From positions 68,125 through 132,124 of the forward strand of contig DASCOS010000011.1 in assembly GCA_036012125.1 (NCBI GenBank): a stretch of DNA of 64,000 bases. Direction: 5' to 3'. This DNA is from Vicinamibacterales bacterium (lineage in GTDB: Bacteria > Acidobacteriota > Vicinamibacteria > Vicinamibacterales > UBA823). The notes beneath the pieces were generated by a model that worked only from the letters and a program-made list of their open reading frames with translations, made no database searches and was not told the origin of the DNA. This document shows, piece after piece, positions 23,998 through 33,565 of the stretch. Numbering within the stretch: the stretch's first letter is position 1; each line of letters starts with the position of its first letter. Both the position numbers and the translations under genes were made by a program.

Positions 23998-24206
23998 AAC
24001 TCTTCATCGTCGCTCAGCGACCCGTTCCATCGCCAGCGTCGGTTCTGGGTTGCCTTCCTCCAAAAAAAAGTCATAAGTCGCAAATGGTGATACAGCAGAA
24101 GTCGATGCGCCAAATCACATGTCGCACGCCGCTCTCCGAATGTGATTTAGTAACAAAGATGAGGCCCGAACTCGAAATCGAAGCGCGCCTTGCATTCGAA
24201 AACCCA

Positions 24207-24283
24207 TGGAGCTGGCGGAGGGATTTGAACCCCCGACCGGCTGATTACAAATCAGCTGCTCTACCTGACTGAGCTACGCCAGC
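24207..24283 (-). tRNA. tRNA-Thr (anticodon UGU), CCA encoded
   Basis: Reverse complement GCTGGCGTAGCTCAGTCAGGTAGAGCAGCTGATTTGTAATCAGCCGGTCGGGGGTTCAAATCCCTCCGCCAGCTCCA. The anticodon loop is TTTGTAA. Confidence 0.9.
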
Positions 24284-24297
24284 CAGACAAAACGGGT

Positions 24298-24326
24298 ACT
24301 CTAGCACGTATCATGCCATCCCGCAA
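24298..24326 (-). promoter_or_regulatory. Candidate sigma70-type promoter of the tRNA-tuf operon
   Basis: On the minus strand: TTGCGG (24326-24321), a 17-nt spacer, then TAGAGT (24303-24298) preceded by TGc. The -10 ends 14 nt before the first tRNA-Thr. Confidence 0.5.
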
Positions 24327-24395
24327 CCAATTATGGACTCAGCATTTAGCTCCGTTTCCACCAGAACAGTCACAATACCCATTTAGGGATGAGCT

Positions 24396-25109
24396 TCAGG
24401 CGGTGGCTCGCTGGCGCACAGCTTCAAACAAGGCAATACCGGCCGCAACAGAGACATTGAGACTCGCCAGCTGACCCGCCATGGGGATTGAGACGAGCCA
24501 ATCGCAGCGGTCACGAACCAGCCGGCGTAATCCTTTTCCTTCACCACCAAGAACAAGAGCAGTTGGCCGTGTGAGGTCCACCTGGTCATACCGGTGACTG
24601 GCCGCTCCATCGAGCCCAACCGTCCACACACCAGCTGCCTTGAGAGTCTCGAGGGTTCTCGCAATATTTACCACCCGAACAAGCCGGATATGTGCAACTG
24701 CACCAGCCGAAGCTTTTGATGCCACCCCGTCTAGCCGTGCTGCCCGCCGTGACTGTCTGATCACCCCGTCCACCCCAGCAGCTTCAGCTGTCCTTAGAAT
24801 CGCTCCAAGATTCTGCGGGTCCTCGATACCGTCGAGGACAACCAACAGTGGATTACTATTAGCCTGTAGAAGGTCCTCGAGGGTATAGGCCCGCGGTTGG
24901 TCAACGTCGGCAACAACTCCCTGGTGCAGTCGGCCTCTGGATGAACGCAGGAGTTGGGCATCGGAGCAGCGCCGCACGGAAATGCCTGAGGCTTCAGCCA
25001 TCCTTACCAATGCACGCAGACGGGAACGCGGTGGATCCTCGACCCTCACCAACTTAACCTGGCCGGCTCGCAACGCTTCCGTAACCGCATTAATGCCGTA
25101 AATAACCAT
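24396..25109 (-). CDS. rlmB: SpoU/TrmH-family RNA 2'-O-ribose methyltransferase (RlmB-like)
   Basis: N-terminal substrate-binding domain (YGINAVTEAL) plus a SpoU knot domain (LVLGGEGKGLRRLV...IPMAG...SLNVSVAAGIALFE). Its position relative to gltX and secE matches B. subtilis rlmB. RlmB versus another TrmH subfamily is not resolved. Confidence 0.75.
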   Translation of the reverse strand: MVIYGINAVTEALRAGQVKLVRVEDPPRSRLRALVRMAEASGISVRRCSDAQLLRSSRGRLHQGVVADVDQPRAYTLEDLLQANSNPLLVVLDGIEDPQNLGAILRTAEAAGVDGVIRQSRRAARLDGVASKASAGAVAHIRLVRVVNIARTLETLKAAGVWTVGLDGAASHRYDQVDLTRPTALVLGGEGKGLRRLVRDRCDWLVSIPMAGQLASLNVSVAAGIALFEAVRQRATA

Positions 25110-25138
25110 TTTGCAAGTAACAAGCGCCGACAGCCACC

Positions 25139-26638
25139 TTAGCTAAGTCCGAGTGCAGCCGCAAACGCTGCGGCTCGCTCCCGGCACCCGACAATTGGAC
25201 TCAAACCGGAAGTGGAGGAAAGCTCTGCACCCCGGTCAATCGCTGGAACCACTGAATCAAGCTCCATGCCATCACTATGCCCAGTCAAAACGATCCGGAT
25301 CGGGTGAAACAACGTACGGCCCCTACAGTCCGTCTCGTTTCGCAAGGCGGTCTTCAGTTCGCGAAAGCCTTCCATGTCTAACCTCGAACGGTGCGCGAGC
25401 TCAGCGGCCAGCGCTTTAATCACCCGTCGAGCCTCGGGTTGAGAGACCTCGCACTGAATCTCTGGGTCCATTAGTGTGCCGGGAACATCGAACTCAAATA
25501 GAAACTTAAGCCGTTCGGGAATCTGCTCAAGACGATCGACTGCACCCACGGCCAGGTGCGCGATGTACTTCAGAAACGCCGTGCCGTCACTATCAGGGCC
25601 GACTGCGAAACCCGCCTTCTCAAAAAACGGGACAACTAAAGTCGCCAGCCGTTCCGCCGACAGTGCCTTAAGGTTGTGTCGGTTCAGCCAGCCTAATTTT
25701 TCAGGGTCGAAGATTCCTGCGCTTCGACTGACATCAGCGATTCGAAATCGTCTGGCTAGTTCTTCGATAGGGAGAATCTCATCGTCACCGCCGGGTGACC
25801 AGCCGATAAGTGCAAGGTAGTTCGTGAGCGCTGCGGGAAGATAACCACGCTCACGCATTTCCTCTACCGAAGTGGAACCATGCCGCTTGGATAGCGGAGC
25901 TCGGTCAGGCCCCATAACCAGCGCCAGATGAGCGAAGCGTGGCTGCACGAATCCCAACGCTTCGTAAAGAAGAAGCTGGCGGGGTGTATTTGAGATGTGA
26001 TCCTCCCCGCGAACAACATGAGAAATTTTCATCAGTGCGTCGTCAACAACAACAGCAAAATTGTAGGCTGGACGGCCGTCTGACCGCATGATGATCGGAT
26101 CGCCTATGATCTCGCCGCTGAAGCTAACGGTCCCCCGAACGAGATCATCGAACTCAACCTGATCGACCTCAGGCACCGCAAAACGAATCGCAGCGGGTTC
26201 TCCAGCATCCAATCGGCGCCGGACGATATTAGTTGCCAATGTTCGACATGTTCCTGGATAACGTGTAGGCCGACCTGCTGCCACGGCAGCTCGACGATTT
26301 GCCTCCAATTGGTCGAATGAACAGAAGCAGTGGTAAGCAGCCCCACGTCCGAGCAATTCATCGGTATAGGCCTTGTAGGTATCGAGACGTTCTGATTGGC
26401 GATAAGGACCAAATGGACCACCAAGGTCGGGACCCTCGTCCCAGGTAATGCCCATCCATTGCAAATCCTGAAGGATGCCCTCTTCAAACTCTCGGGTTGA
26501 GCGTTCGGTATCGGTGTCTTCAATCCTCACAACCATTGTGCCATTGGCACCTCTAGCAGCCAGCCAGTTGAAGAGCGCTGTCCTGGCATTGCCAACATGC
26601 AAATAGCCGGTCGGACTAGGCGCAAAGCGAAGTCTCAT
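25139..26638 (-). CDS. gltX: Glutamate--tRNA ligase
   Basis: RFAPSPTGYLHVGNARTALFNW (HIGH-type motif) and PLSKRHGSTS (KMSKS-like). The start overlaps the ispDF stop (ATGA). Confidence 0.95.
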   Translation of the reverse strand: MRLRFAPSPTGYLHVGNARTALFNWLAARGANGTMVVRIEDTDTERSTREFEEGILQDLQWMGITWDEGPDLGGPFGPYRQSERLDTYKAYTDELLGRGAAYHCFCSFDQLEANRRAAVAAGRPTRYPGTCRTLATNIVRRRLDAGEPAAIRFAVPEVDQVEFDDLVRGTVSFSGEIIGDPIIMRSDGRPAYNFAVVVDDALMKISHVVRGEDHISNTPRQLLLYEALGFVQPRFAHLALVMGPDRAPLSKRHGSTSVEEMRERGYLPAALTNYLALIGWSPGGDDEILPIEELARRFRIADVSRSAGIFDPEKLGWLNRHNLKALSAERLATLVVPFFEKAGFAVGPDSDGTAFLKYIAHLAVGAVDRLEQIPERLKFLFEFDVPGTLMDPEIQCEVSQPEARRVIKALAAELAHRSRLDMEGFRELKTALRNETDCRGRTLFHPIRIVLTGHSDGMELDSVVPAIDRGAELSSTSGLSPIVGCRERAAAFAAALGLS

Positions 26639-27834
26639 GAAGGTACGCTCTCCGTCGACAGATGGTCAGCTGGCCCCAACTGCACTATTGCATGAACAGC
26701 GATAGCCTCACCGTGGCCGAGAGGTCCAATACCCTCATTCGTTTTACCCTTGATGCCAACGTCGGCCACTGTAATGCCGATAGACGCCGCGATATTCTCA
26801 CGCATCGCATCGATATACGGACCGAGCCTAGGCGCTTCCGCAATCACAACGACGTCAACATTTCTTACGGTAAACCCTCGGTTGCGTACGATTTCGTATA
26901 CCCCTGCCAATAAGTCCAGGCTTGATGCATCCTTCCATTTTCGCTCTGAGTCGGGGAAGTGTTGACCTATATCTCCCGCTGCAGCCGCGCCCAATATTGC
27001 ATCAGCTAGCGCGTGGCACACGGCATCTGCGTCCGAGTGACCAAGCAACCCGGACGCATGAGGAATGGTTACGCCACCAAGAACCAGTGAACGTCCCTCG
27101 ACAAGACGGTGTAAATCGTATCCAATTCCTATGCGCATTTCAGCATTAGCCTCGGACCGCCCAACGCGCGCCCGGGCGATTTCTAAATCTCGTGCCGTAG
27201 TCAACTTAACATTACCTAGATCCCCATCAACCAGACACACCGTATGTCCAGCACGCTCAACTAGCATTGCCTCATCTGTGACTTCCATACCAGCCGCGCC
27301 AAACGCCAGTCCATCCTCTAACACGCTTCGGCGAAATACTTGCGGGGTCTGAGCTAAGTAAATAGTGTCCCTTGGAAGCGTCGTATCAACAATGAGTGAA
27401 CCGTCTGCTCTATCAACCAGTTTCACAGTATCCTGCGCAACAAGTGCCGCAATTGCAGCACCATTTTCAAGACCAGCATCCAAAGTACGATCGATGACTT
27501 CTGCGGAAACGAACGGGCGTGCAGCGTCATGCACGGCCACCAAATCGGCATTGTGGGGAACAAGAGCGAAGCCCATCGCTACAGAGTCCTGGCGACGCGG
27601 TCCTCCCCCAACAACACGTGTTGGCGTTCGCCGACTGGAAAGGTCTGCGGCGTAGCGTGCCGTCAATTCGGTCGGTAGAACGACAATAATCTCATCAACC
27701 CGTGGATGTCGGTCGAACGCATCCAGACTATGGCCAAGCACTGTTGTGTCACCCAGTGCCAAAAACTGTTTGGGAATCTCTGCCCCCATCCGAAAACCAC
27801 TACCCGCCGCTGCGACGATGGCCACAATGTGCAT
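26635..27834 (-). CDS. ispDF: Bifunctional IspD/IspF (MEP cytidylyltransferase / MEcPP synthase)
   Basis: N-terminal half has IVAAAGSGFRMG (IspD). C-terminal half has RIGIGYDLHRL...GHSDADAVCHAL (IspF). The track start is TTG, so the ATG at 27834 is used. Confidence 0.93.
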   Translation of the reverse strand: MHIVAIVAAAGSGFRMGAEIPKQFLALGDTTVLGHSLDAFDRHPRVDEIIVVLPTELTARYAADLSSRRTPTRVVGGGPRRQDSVAMGFALVPHNADLVAVHDAARPFVSAEVIDRTLDAGLENGAAIAALVAQDTVKLVDRADGSLIVDTTLPRDTIYLAQTPQVFRRSVLEDGLAFGAAGMEVTDEAMLVERAGHTVCLVDGDLGNVKLTTARDLEIARARVGRSEANAEMRIGIGYDLHRLVEGRSLVLGGVTIPHASGLLGHSDADAVCHALADAILGAAAAGDIGQHFPDSERKWKDASSLDLLAGVYEIVRNRGFTVRNVDVVVIAEAPRLGPYIDAMRENIAASIGITVADVGIKGKTNEGIGPLGHGEAIAVHAIVQLGPADHLSTESVPS

Positions 27835-27850
27835 AGACTGTTCCAACTCT

Positions 27851-28543
27851 CTACTTGGCTTCCAGTTGCTTCCTAGCAGCCCACGACATGATTGCGCGGG
27901 GACCTATGAATTGCATCACACGCGCAGTCACTGTATCTACCGTCGAAGCCACAACGCTCGAATCCACATCAAGTGGAGCGAATACAACAACCATCGCGCT
28001 CGTGGTCGAGGAAGTGATCATGGTGCGTACCGAATCTGACGAGGGGTTACCAAACGCACCGGTCTGGTCGCTAAGAACCAGCCGACCATCCACATGGACG
28101 TCGTCTTTTCGGATTCCTGAATAAGCCTCACCCTGGCGACCGCGTCGACATTCAATCACACCATGGATTTGATCGGCGTCATAAAGGCCAAAGGGTAACC
28201 GAGACTCTACAGAACACCAGTTACACACATCAACCAGAGCGTTGACTCGCGGTAGCGGTTCGCCCCGACGTACGCGCCTGAGCAATGCCTCTGATGAGGG
28301 ACGGCGCTTCGTCGGATCGATTCCGAGCCTCCGATACAATCCGCGAACGGCCATGGTCACGTCGTCATGGCCATCTGTAGCCCGGAGTGCAGTGGCGGCC
28401 TCAGCCAAAGGCTCATCCAACGAAGGTTCACGAATCACAACGCTGAAATCGGTTACTCGAATTCCCACTAAACGAACAAAGGCACCTAGCTCTGGCGTGA
28501 TCGAAATGTTGACCTCCGCACCCTGGCCGGCGGCGGACATCAT
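27851..28543 (-). CDS. Stand-alone B3/B4 domain protein (PheT B3_4-like, COG3382-type); function unknown
   Basis: The pattern ...GIDPTKRRPSSEALLRRV..G..LPRVNALVDVCNWCSVESRLPFGLYD... resembles the B3_4 tRNA-binding/editing-type domain. This is judged by eye, with no HMM run. The start overlaps the plsC stop. Confidence 0.6.
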   Translation of the reverse strand: MMSAAGQGAEVNISITPELGAFVRLVGIRVTDFSVVIREPSLDEPLAEAATALRATDGHDDVTMAVRGLYRRLGIDPTKRRPSSEALLRRVRRGEPLPRVNALVDVCNWCSVESRLPFGLYDADQIHGVIECRRGRQGEAYSGIRKDDVHVDGRLVLSDQTGAFGNPSSDSVRTMITSSTTSAMVVVFAPLDVDSSVVASTVDTVTARVMQFIGPRAIMSWAARKQLEAK

Positions 28544-29301
28544 TGTTTGATTACCGTTCCACTCTGGGCTCTCTCGGCATCATCACCACCCAAAGCTGTT
28601 GAAACGATGTGCTGGACCCGCTCGGCTAGTTCCGCTGCTTGGCCACGTGATAGACCCTTAGTCATAATCGGTCGGTGTACGGTCAGCGTCACCTGGCCCG
28701 GACAAGTCATGAGTCGTCCACGGCGCATTATGTGACGACTGCCGTTGACCGTCAGCGGCACCACCGGCATACCAGCCTCAATGGCCAGAACGAAGATTGC
28801 TCTCTTAAATTCCCGGAGACTTCCATCAATCGATCGTGTGCCTTCAGGAAATACGATTAAGGAGAGGCCGAGGCGCATGATGCTCGTAACCCGTCTGAAA
28901 ACCTCAGTACCCGGCCTCGACCGATCGACGAGCACGTGCCCAGTGCGCCTCAGATGACACCCTAACATTGGAAATCGACCCAGTGACTCCTTTGCGATGA
29001 TTCGTAGTTGGAACGGTAGTGACAAAAAAATAATTGGGATATCGTAAATGCTTTGATGATTCGCGGTGAAGACATAGGTTTCATGCGGTGCTAGAAGATC
29101 CTGACCATGAACATCAACATTCACTCCGGTCGTCGCCAAAATCAACCATGACCAGGTACGGGCACAAAGATGGCCAAAGTCGCCACGCCCACCGAAGACA
29201 CTTGAACCAATCGACAGTACACCCAACACAATGGTGTACACACCAATCATAGGAATCAGAAAAAAAACGGTTCGCCACCAATGAAATGGAAAAGTCGACA
29301 C
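28540..29301 (-). CDS. plsC: 1-acyl-sn-glycerol-3-phosphate acyltransferase
   Basis: N-terminal TM helix, HX4D motif (ANHQSIYD) and FPEGTRS motif. GTG start. Confidence 0.85.
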   Translation of the reverse strand: MSTFPFHWWRTVFFLIPMIGVYTIVLGVLSIGSSVFGGRGDFGHLCARTWSWLILATTGVNVDVHGQDLLAPHETYVFTANHQSIYDIPIIFLSLPFQLRIIAKESLGRFPMLGCHLRRTGHVLVDRSRPGTEVFRRVTSIMRLGLSLIVFPEGTRSIDGSLREFKRAIFVLAIEAGMPVVPLTVNGSRHIMRRGRLMTCPGQVTLTVHRPIMTKGLSRGQAAELAERVQHIVSTALGGDDAERAQSGTVIKQ

Positions 29302-29313
29302 TGCGTAATCAGC

Positions 29314-30675
29314 TCAAGCGATCAATACATCGAGTGCCTCGTCAACAGCCCGTACAGGGATCGTTTCAAAGTCCTCGATATCAAGTTTCTCGTGATTGGC
29401 TGCAGGCACAACACAGCGCCGAAACCCGAGCTGTGCTGCTTCTCGGACCCGGAGTGCAGCTTGGCTAATGCCCCGCACCTCACCCGCCAGTCCAACCTCT
29501 CCGAAGACGGCAGTACTCGCGTCAATCGGGCGGTTACGAACGCTTGACGCAACAGCCGCGACAATTCCTAAATCAGCCGCGGGCTCGTTTACATTCATTC
29601 CACCTGCGATGTTCACGAAGACGTCATCGCCAGATACGTTGAGACCAACTCGCTTCTCTAATACCGCTAGCAGTAGCCCAAGACGATGCTGGTCAATTCC
29701 GCTCGCCGTACGACGAGCCGTGCCGTACGTACTTGTGCTAACGAGAGCCTGCACTTCGACAAGGATTGGTCGAGAGCCCTCTACACAACAAAGGACGGCC
29801 GAGCCCGGTGCGCCAGCGGACCGCTCCGCGAGAAACAGCTGCGAAGGATTGGGCACTGGCCGAAGTCCACCGTCAGTCATTTCAAAAACGCCGAGCTCGC
29901 TCACAGCTCCATACCGATTCTTTACAGCACGAACTATCCGATGGGACTGATACCGCTCCCCTTCGAAGTACAACACGGTGTCAACGATATGCTCTAGCGT
30001 CTTGGGTCCGGCGAGTGCGCCGTCCTTGGTGACATGACCGACGAGAAATGTTGGAATGTGATGGCTCTTGGCACTGAACAGCAACTGGGTGGCCGCTTCG
30101 CGGATTTGACCAATGCTTCCAGGTGCCGACTGCAACTTGGGCGAAAACACAGTCTGCACAGAGTCAATGACGATGAGCGCTGGCTGTCGGCGTGCAATCT
30201 CCTCCAGAATCCGTTCCAGACAGGTTTCAGCAAATAAGAAAAGCGGGGCCTGGCCTATACCCAGGCGTTCGCCCCGAACTTTGATTTGATGCTCTGATTC
30301 TTCCCCGGAACAATAGAGCACCGGCCCGCTCACGGCCGCAACACGAGCCGCCGCCTGCAAAAGTAGGGTCGATTTACCAATCCCGGGTTCTCCTCCAAGG
30401 AGAACCAACGACCCGGGTACTGCGCCACCACCAAGTACTCGATCGAGCTCATTAATACCAAGTGACAAACGGTCCATTTGGGCCATTTCGACATCGGCAT
30501 ATAGACGCGCGCCTTCCGTTGACGTGAGGCCCAGTCTGGCCTCGTCATCCGACGGTGCTGGACCGACCCGTTCCTCAACGAAAGAGTTCCATGCGTCGCA
30601 ACCCGGACACCTTCCAAGCCACTTTGACTCCTGGGCACCGCAGGTTTGACACACAAAGCAGGTACGGGACTTCAT
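29314..30675 (-). CDS. radA: DNA repair protein RadA/Sms
   Basis: N-terminal Zn finger CQTCGAQ...CPGC, Walker A GGEPGIGKST, KNRYG motif and a Lon-like C-terminal domain. The track start is GTG, so the ATG at 30675 is used. Confidence 0.95.
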   Translation of the reverse strand: MKSRTCFVCQTCGAQESKWLGRCPGCDAWNSFVEERVGPAPSDDEARLGLTSTEGARLYADVEMAQMDRLSLGINELDRVLGGGAVPGSLVLLGGEPGIGKSTLLLQAAARVAAVSGPVLYCSGEESEHQIKVRGERLGIGQAPLFLFAETCLERILEEIARRQPALIVIDSVQTVFSPKLQSAPGSIGQIREAATQLLFSAKSHHIPTFLVGHVTKDGALAGPKTLEHIVDTVLYFEGERYQSHRIVRAVKNRYGAVSELGVFEMTDGGLRPVPNPSQLFLAERSAGAPGSAVLCCVEGSRPILVEVQALVSTSTYGTARRTASGIDQHRLGLLLAVLEKRVGLNVSGDDVFVNIAGGMNVNEPAADLGIVAAVASSVRNRPIDASTAVFGEVGLAGEVRGISQAALRVREAAQLGFRRCVVPAANHEKLDIEDFETIPVRAVDEALDVLIA

Positions 30676-30724
30676 TCTTCGCACACCACCTGCACGCTGT
30701 CGTCCATTAGTGACGATCGCCGAC

Positions 30725-32065
30725 TCAATGATGTGTCGTCGTTTGGTTCTCGAAGCGCGTGATTTCTTTGAGAAACGCTAAACGCACTGTGCCGGTCGGA
30801 CCGTTCCGTTGCTTACCAATGATTACTTCAGCAGTGTTCTCATTCTCGGGCTTACGGTCATACACATCTTCACGGTAAATGAACAACACTACATCAGCGT
30901 CCTGTTCAAGCGCGCCCGACTCGCGAAGATCTGAAAGCTGAGGGCGGTGTTCAGAACGCGACTCCGGCGCTCGGCTGAGTTGCGATAAGGCAACAACTGG
31001 GACCTCAAGCTCCTTTGCCAAACCCTTTAGGGAACGAGAAATCGACGCCAGTTCTAAGTTCCTGTTTTCGAACCGCCCGCGACCTTGCATCAACTGAAGG
31101 TAATCGATAATCAGCAGGTGCAGACCGTGCTCTGACTTCAGTCGGCGCGCTTTAGCGCGCATCTCAAGAACACTAAGTGACGTCGAGTCATCGATAAACA
31201 CGCGGGCCTCCCCCAAAACTCCGAGGGCCTCCGACAACTTCTTATATTCCTCACTACCGAGAAAACCACCGCGGAACTTGTGTGCGTCGATTCTGGCCTC
31301 AGAAGTGAGCATCCGAAGGAATAACGCCTGCTTCGACATCTCCAGGCTAAACACGCCAACCGTCTTTTCGGTTTTGGTGGCCACGTGTTGCGCGATATTC
31401 AGAGCCAAGCTGGTCTTACCCATTGACGGCCGCGCCGCTATGATCACCAAATCGGACGGCTGAAACCCAGACGTCAACCTGTCGAGGTCTGTGAAGCCAC
31501 TTGGGACGCCCGTAAGAAAGCCTTGTTGATTCTCGAGCTTTTCAAGGGTTTCAAGACCGCCCGGGACAAGATCACGAAGGCTTTGAAAACCTTCTGTTAG
31601 CCGACCATCAGCAATCTGAAAGATCTCTGATTCCGCTTGGTCCAGTTGGACCTCTGGCTCAACTTCAGCCTGGTAGGCCGTTGTGAGAATCTTGTTGGCG
31701 GAGCCAATGAGGCTGCGGAGAGTCGCTTTTTCCTTAACGATTTTTGCATAGTACTCAACGTTTGTTGATTTTGGTACGCCGTCGACGAGCGCTGCAATGT
31801 AAGCTGGGCCACCTACCTCATTTAAGTTACCCGCGCGGTTCAGCTCTTCCTTGAGCGTAACGAGGTCAATAACTTCATCGCGCTCAAAAAGACTGACCAT
31901 CTTGTCAAAGATTTGTTGATGGGCATGCCGATAGAAATCTGGAGAATCGATTAGCTCGGCCGCACGATTAAATTGCTCGTTGTCAATGAGCACGGCTCCG
32001 AGTACGGCCTTCTCGGCCTCTAAATTGTGAGGAAGTGACCGCTCAGATACAGGTGTCTCAGGCAT
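30725..32065 (-). CDS. dnaB: Replicative DNA helicase DnaB
   Basis: PHNLEAEKAVLGAVL..., Walker A ARPSMGKTS, IIDYLQLM. 446 aa, no intein. Confidence 0.96.
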   Translation of the reverse strand: MPETPVSERSLPHNLEAEKAVLGAVLIDNEQFNRAAELIDSPDFYRHAHQQIFDKMVSLFERDEVIDLVTLKEELNRAGNLNEVGGPAYIAALVDGVPKSTNVEYYAKIVKEKATLRSLIGSANKILTTAYQAEVEPEVQLDQAESEIFQIADGRLTEGFQSLRDLVPGGLETLEKLENQQGFLTGVPSGFTDLDRLTSGFQPSDLVIIAARPSMGKTSLALNIAQHVATKTEKTVGVFSLEMSKQALFLRMLTSEARIDAHKFRGGFLGSEEYKKLSEALGVLGEARVFIDDSTSLSVLEMRAKARRLKSEHGLHLLIIDYLQLMQGRGRFENRNLELASISRSLKGLAKELEVPVVALSQLSRAPESRSEHRPQLSDLRESGALEQDADVVLFIYREDVYDRKPENENTAEVIIGKQRNGPTGTVRLAFLKEITRFENQTTTHH

Positions 32066-32221
32066 AGCTAACGTGTCCGTCGCTGCCCGGTGCGATTACC
32101 CCACCAGATACCGTTATGAGGGTCACACTGAACCTTTTAGCACGAAGCCGTATAGGCCAAGCGCCGTGAGCCACGCAGTTTACCAAAGACAGCGAGGGAG
32201 AGAAGACGTTTCCCTAACTCC

Positions 32222-32677
32222 TTACTCGTCTACGACTTCTTTAATGACCTTGAGTGCGACCTGCGCCGTTACTTCGCGGTGTACCTTCACCGGAATGGAA
32301 AACTCACCTAGCTCCCTAATAGGCTCACCCAATTGAATCTTGCGCTTGTCCACATCGATCTGTTGAGCCGCCAGACTCTCCGCAATATCAGCTGCGGTGA
32401 CCGAACCGTATAAGGTGTCCTGCTCACCCACACGCCGCGCGATAACACACTCGGCCGAACCCAAACTCGCTGCGAAAGCCTCTGCCGTTTGTTTATCGGC
32501 CGCTTCACGGACCTCGGCGAGTTTCCGCTCGCGTTCAATCTGTCGACGGTTATTTTCCGTTACCGGCAAGGCTAGCTTCCGCGGTAGGAGGTAATTCCGA
32601 GCGTAGCCCCTTGCGACCTTGACAACATCACCACGCCGCCCAAGGTTATCGATGTGTTCCCGAAGAATGATATCCAT
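32222..32677 (-). CDS. rplI: 50S ribosomal protein L9
   Basis: MDIILREHIDNLGRRGDVVKVARGYARNYLLP is canonical L9. Confidence 0.95.
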   Translation of the reverse strand: MDIILREHIDNLGRRGDVVKVARGYARNYLLPRKLALPVTENNRRQIERERKLAEVREAADKQTAEAFAASLGSAECVIARRVGEQDTLYGSVTAADIAESLAAQQIDVDKRKIQLGEPIRELGEFSIPVKVHREVTAQVALKVIKEVVDE

Positions 32678-32728
32678 GCATTCACTCCGACGGCCCAGTG
32701 CCCTCAGTAACCGACCAGCCTGCAGACC

Positions 32729-33019
32729 CTAATCTGTTACGTAGGGTATGAGCGCCAACTGACGAGCACGTTTAATTGCCGTCTGCAATTTTCGTTGGTG
32801 CGTCGCGCATGTCCCTGAAAGGCGACGCGGCTGGATCTTGCCACGCTCAGGGATGAACGGCATCAGCATCCGCGCATCCTTATAGTCAATGTAATCGACC
32901 TTTTCGACACAAAACCGACACACTTTTCTACGGCGAAACAGACCGCTTTTTCGGCCGCCACGGTCATCCTTCTTTTTGCTGTCCTTGCGACCACCACGAC
33001 CACTTCGTTTTCCAACCAT
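32729..33019 (-). CDS. rpsR: 30S ribosomal protein S18
   Basis: [15 protein letters not shown]...[21 protein letters not shown] is canonical S18, with a basic N-terminal tail. Confidence 0.95.
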   Translation of the reverse strand: MVGKRSGRGGRKDSKKKDDRGGRKSGLFRRRKVCRFCVEKVDYIDYKDARMLMPFIPERGKIQPRRLSGTCATHQRKLQTAIKRARQLALIPYVTD

Positions 33020-33028
33020 AAACTCCCC

Positions 33029-33457
33029 TTATTCCTTTTCTTCAGCCGCTGCCTCTACGGGAGGTCGCGCAGCTGGGGCCTCCGGCGGTAATCCACGCCC
33101 AGCCCGACGGCGCTTACGCGTTTCGGCTCGTCTGGTTGCAGTGCGCTCGGCGACGTGAAGCTCTTCGTCCACTCGCACCACCAAATGGCGGACTACGTCT
33201 TCTGCCACTCGAAGCCGCCGCTCTAGCTCGGTCACCATTTCGCCTGAACCCGACAGAAGCTCAAGCACATACGTCCCTTCTTTGTAGTGATTGACCTCAT
33301 AAGCCAACCTTCGTTTGCCCCAGTTTTCAGTCTTCTCAATACGTCCGTCGAATTTTCCCACAATCGCTTCAACCTGCGTATGCAACTCCGCCACGACTTC
33401 ATCAGTCGCGCTTGGCGACACGATGTAGACTAGTTCGTACTGCCTGAGTGTTGACAT
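33029..33457 (-). CDS. rpsF: 30S ribosomal protein S6 (with Ala/Arg/Glu-rich C-terminal tail)
   Basis: MSTLRQYELVYIVSP... is canonical S6. The ATG at 33457 is preceded by AAGGAG. The track's GTG start at 33484 adds 9 unlikely codons. Confidence 0.92.
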   Translation of the reverse strand: MSTLRQYELVYIVSPSATDEVVAELHTQVEAIVGKFDGRIEKTENWGKRRLAYEVNHYKEGTYVLELLSGSGEMVTELERRLRVAEDVVRHLVVRVDEELHVAERTATRRAETRKRRRAGRGLPPEAPAARPPVEAAAEEKE

Positions 33458-33565
33458 AGAGCTCCTTTTGGACTTGACGGCCACGCCACAGGTGGCAAGG
33501 AGTCTTAGGGACTCGCGCGTCGATTATCCTAAGCGCTTCGAGTGCGCTACTTACGCACCTGACTA
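33458..33565 (-). promoter_or_regulatory. Structured rpsF 5' leader with a helix that could sequester the Shine-Dalgarno (candidate S6:S18 autoregulatory leader)
   Basis: Minus-strand RNA has three helices: GTGCG-N7-CGCAC, CTTAGG-N18-CCTAAG, and CTCCTT-N29-AAGGAG. The last pairs an anti-SD with the rpsF SD. An inner hairpin has CCG just downstream. Confidence 0.35.

Noticed and set aside
23696-24272. Plus-strand ORFs of 126 and 149 aa across the tRNA cluster.
   Set aside because: They overlap four well-folded tRNA genes on the opposite strand. They are spurious.
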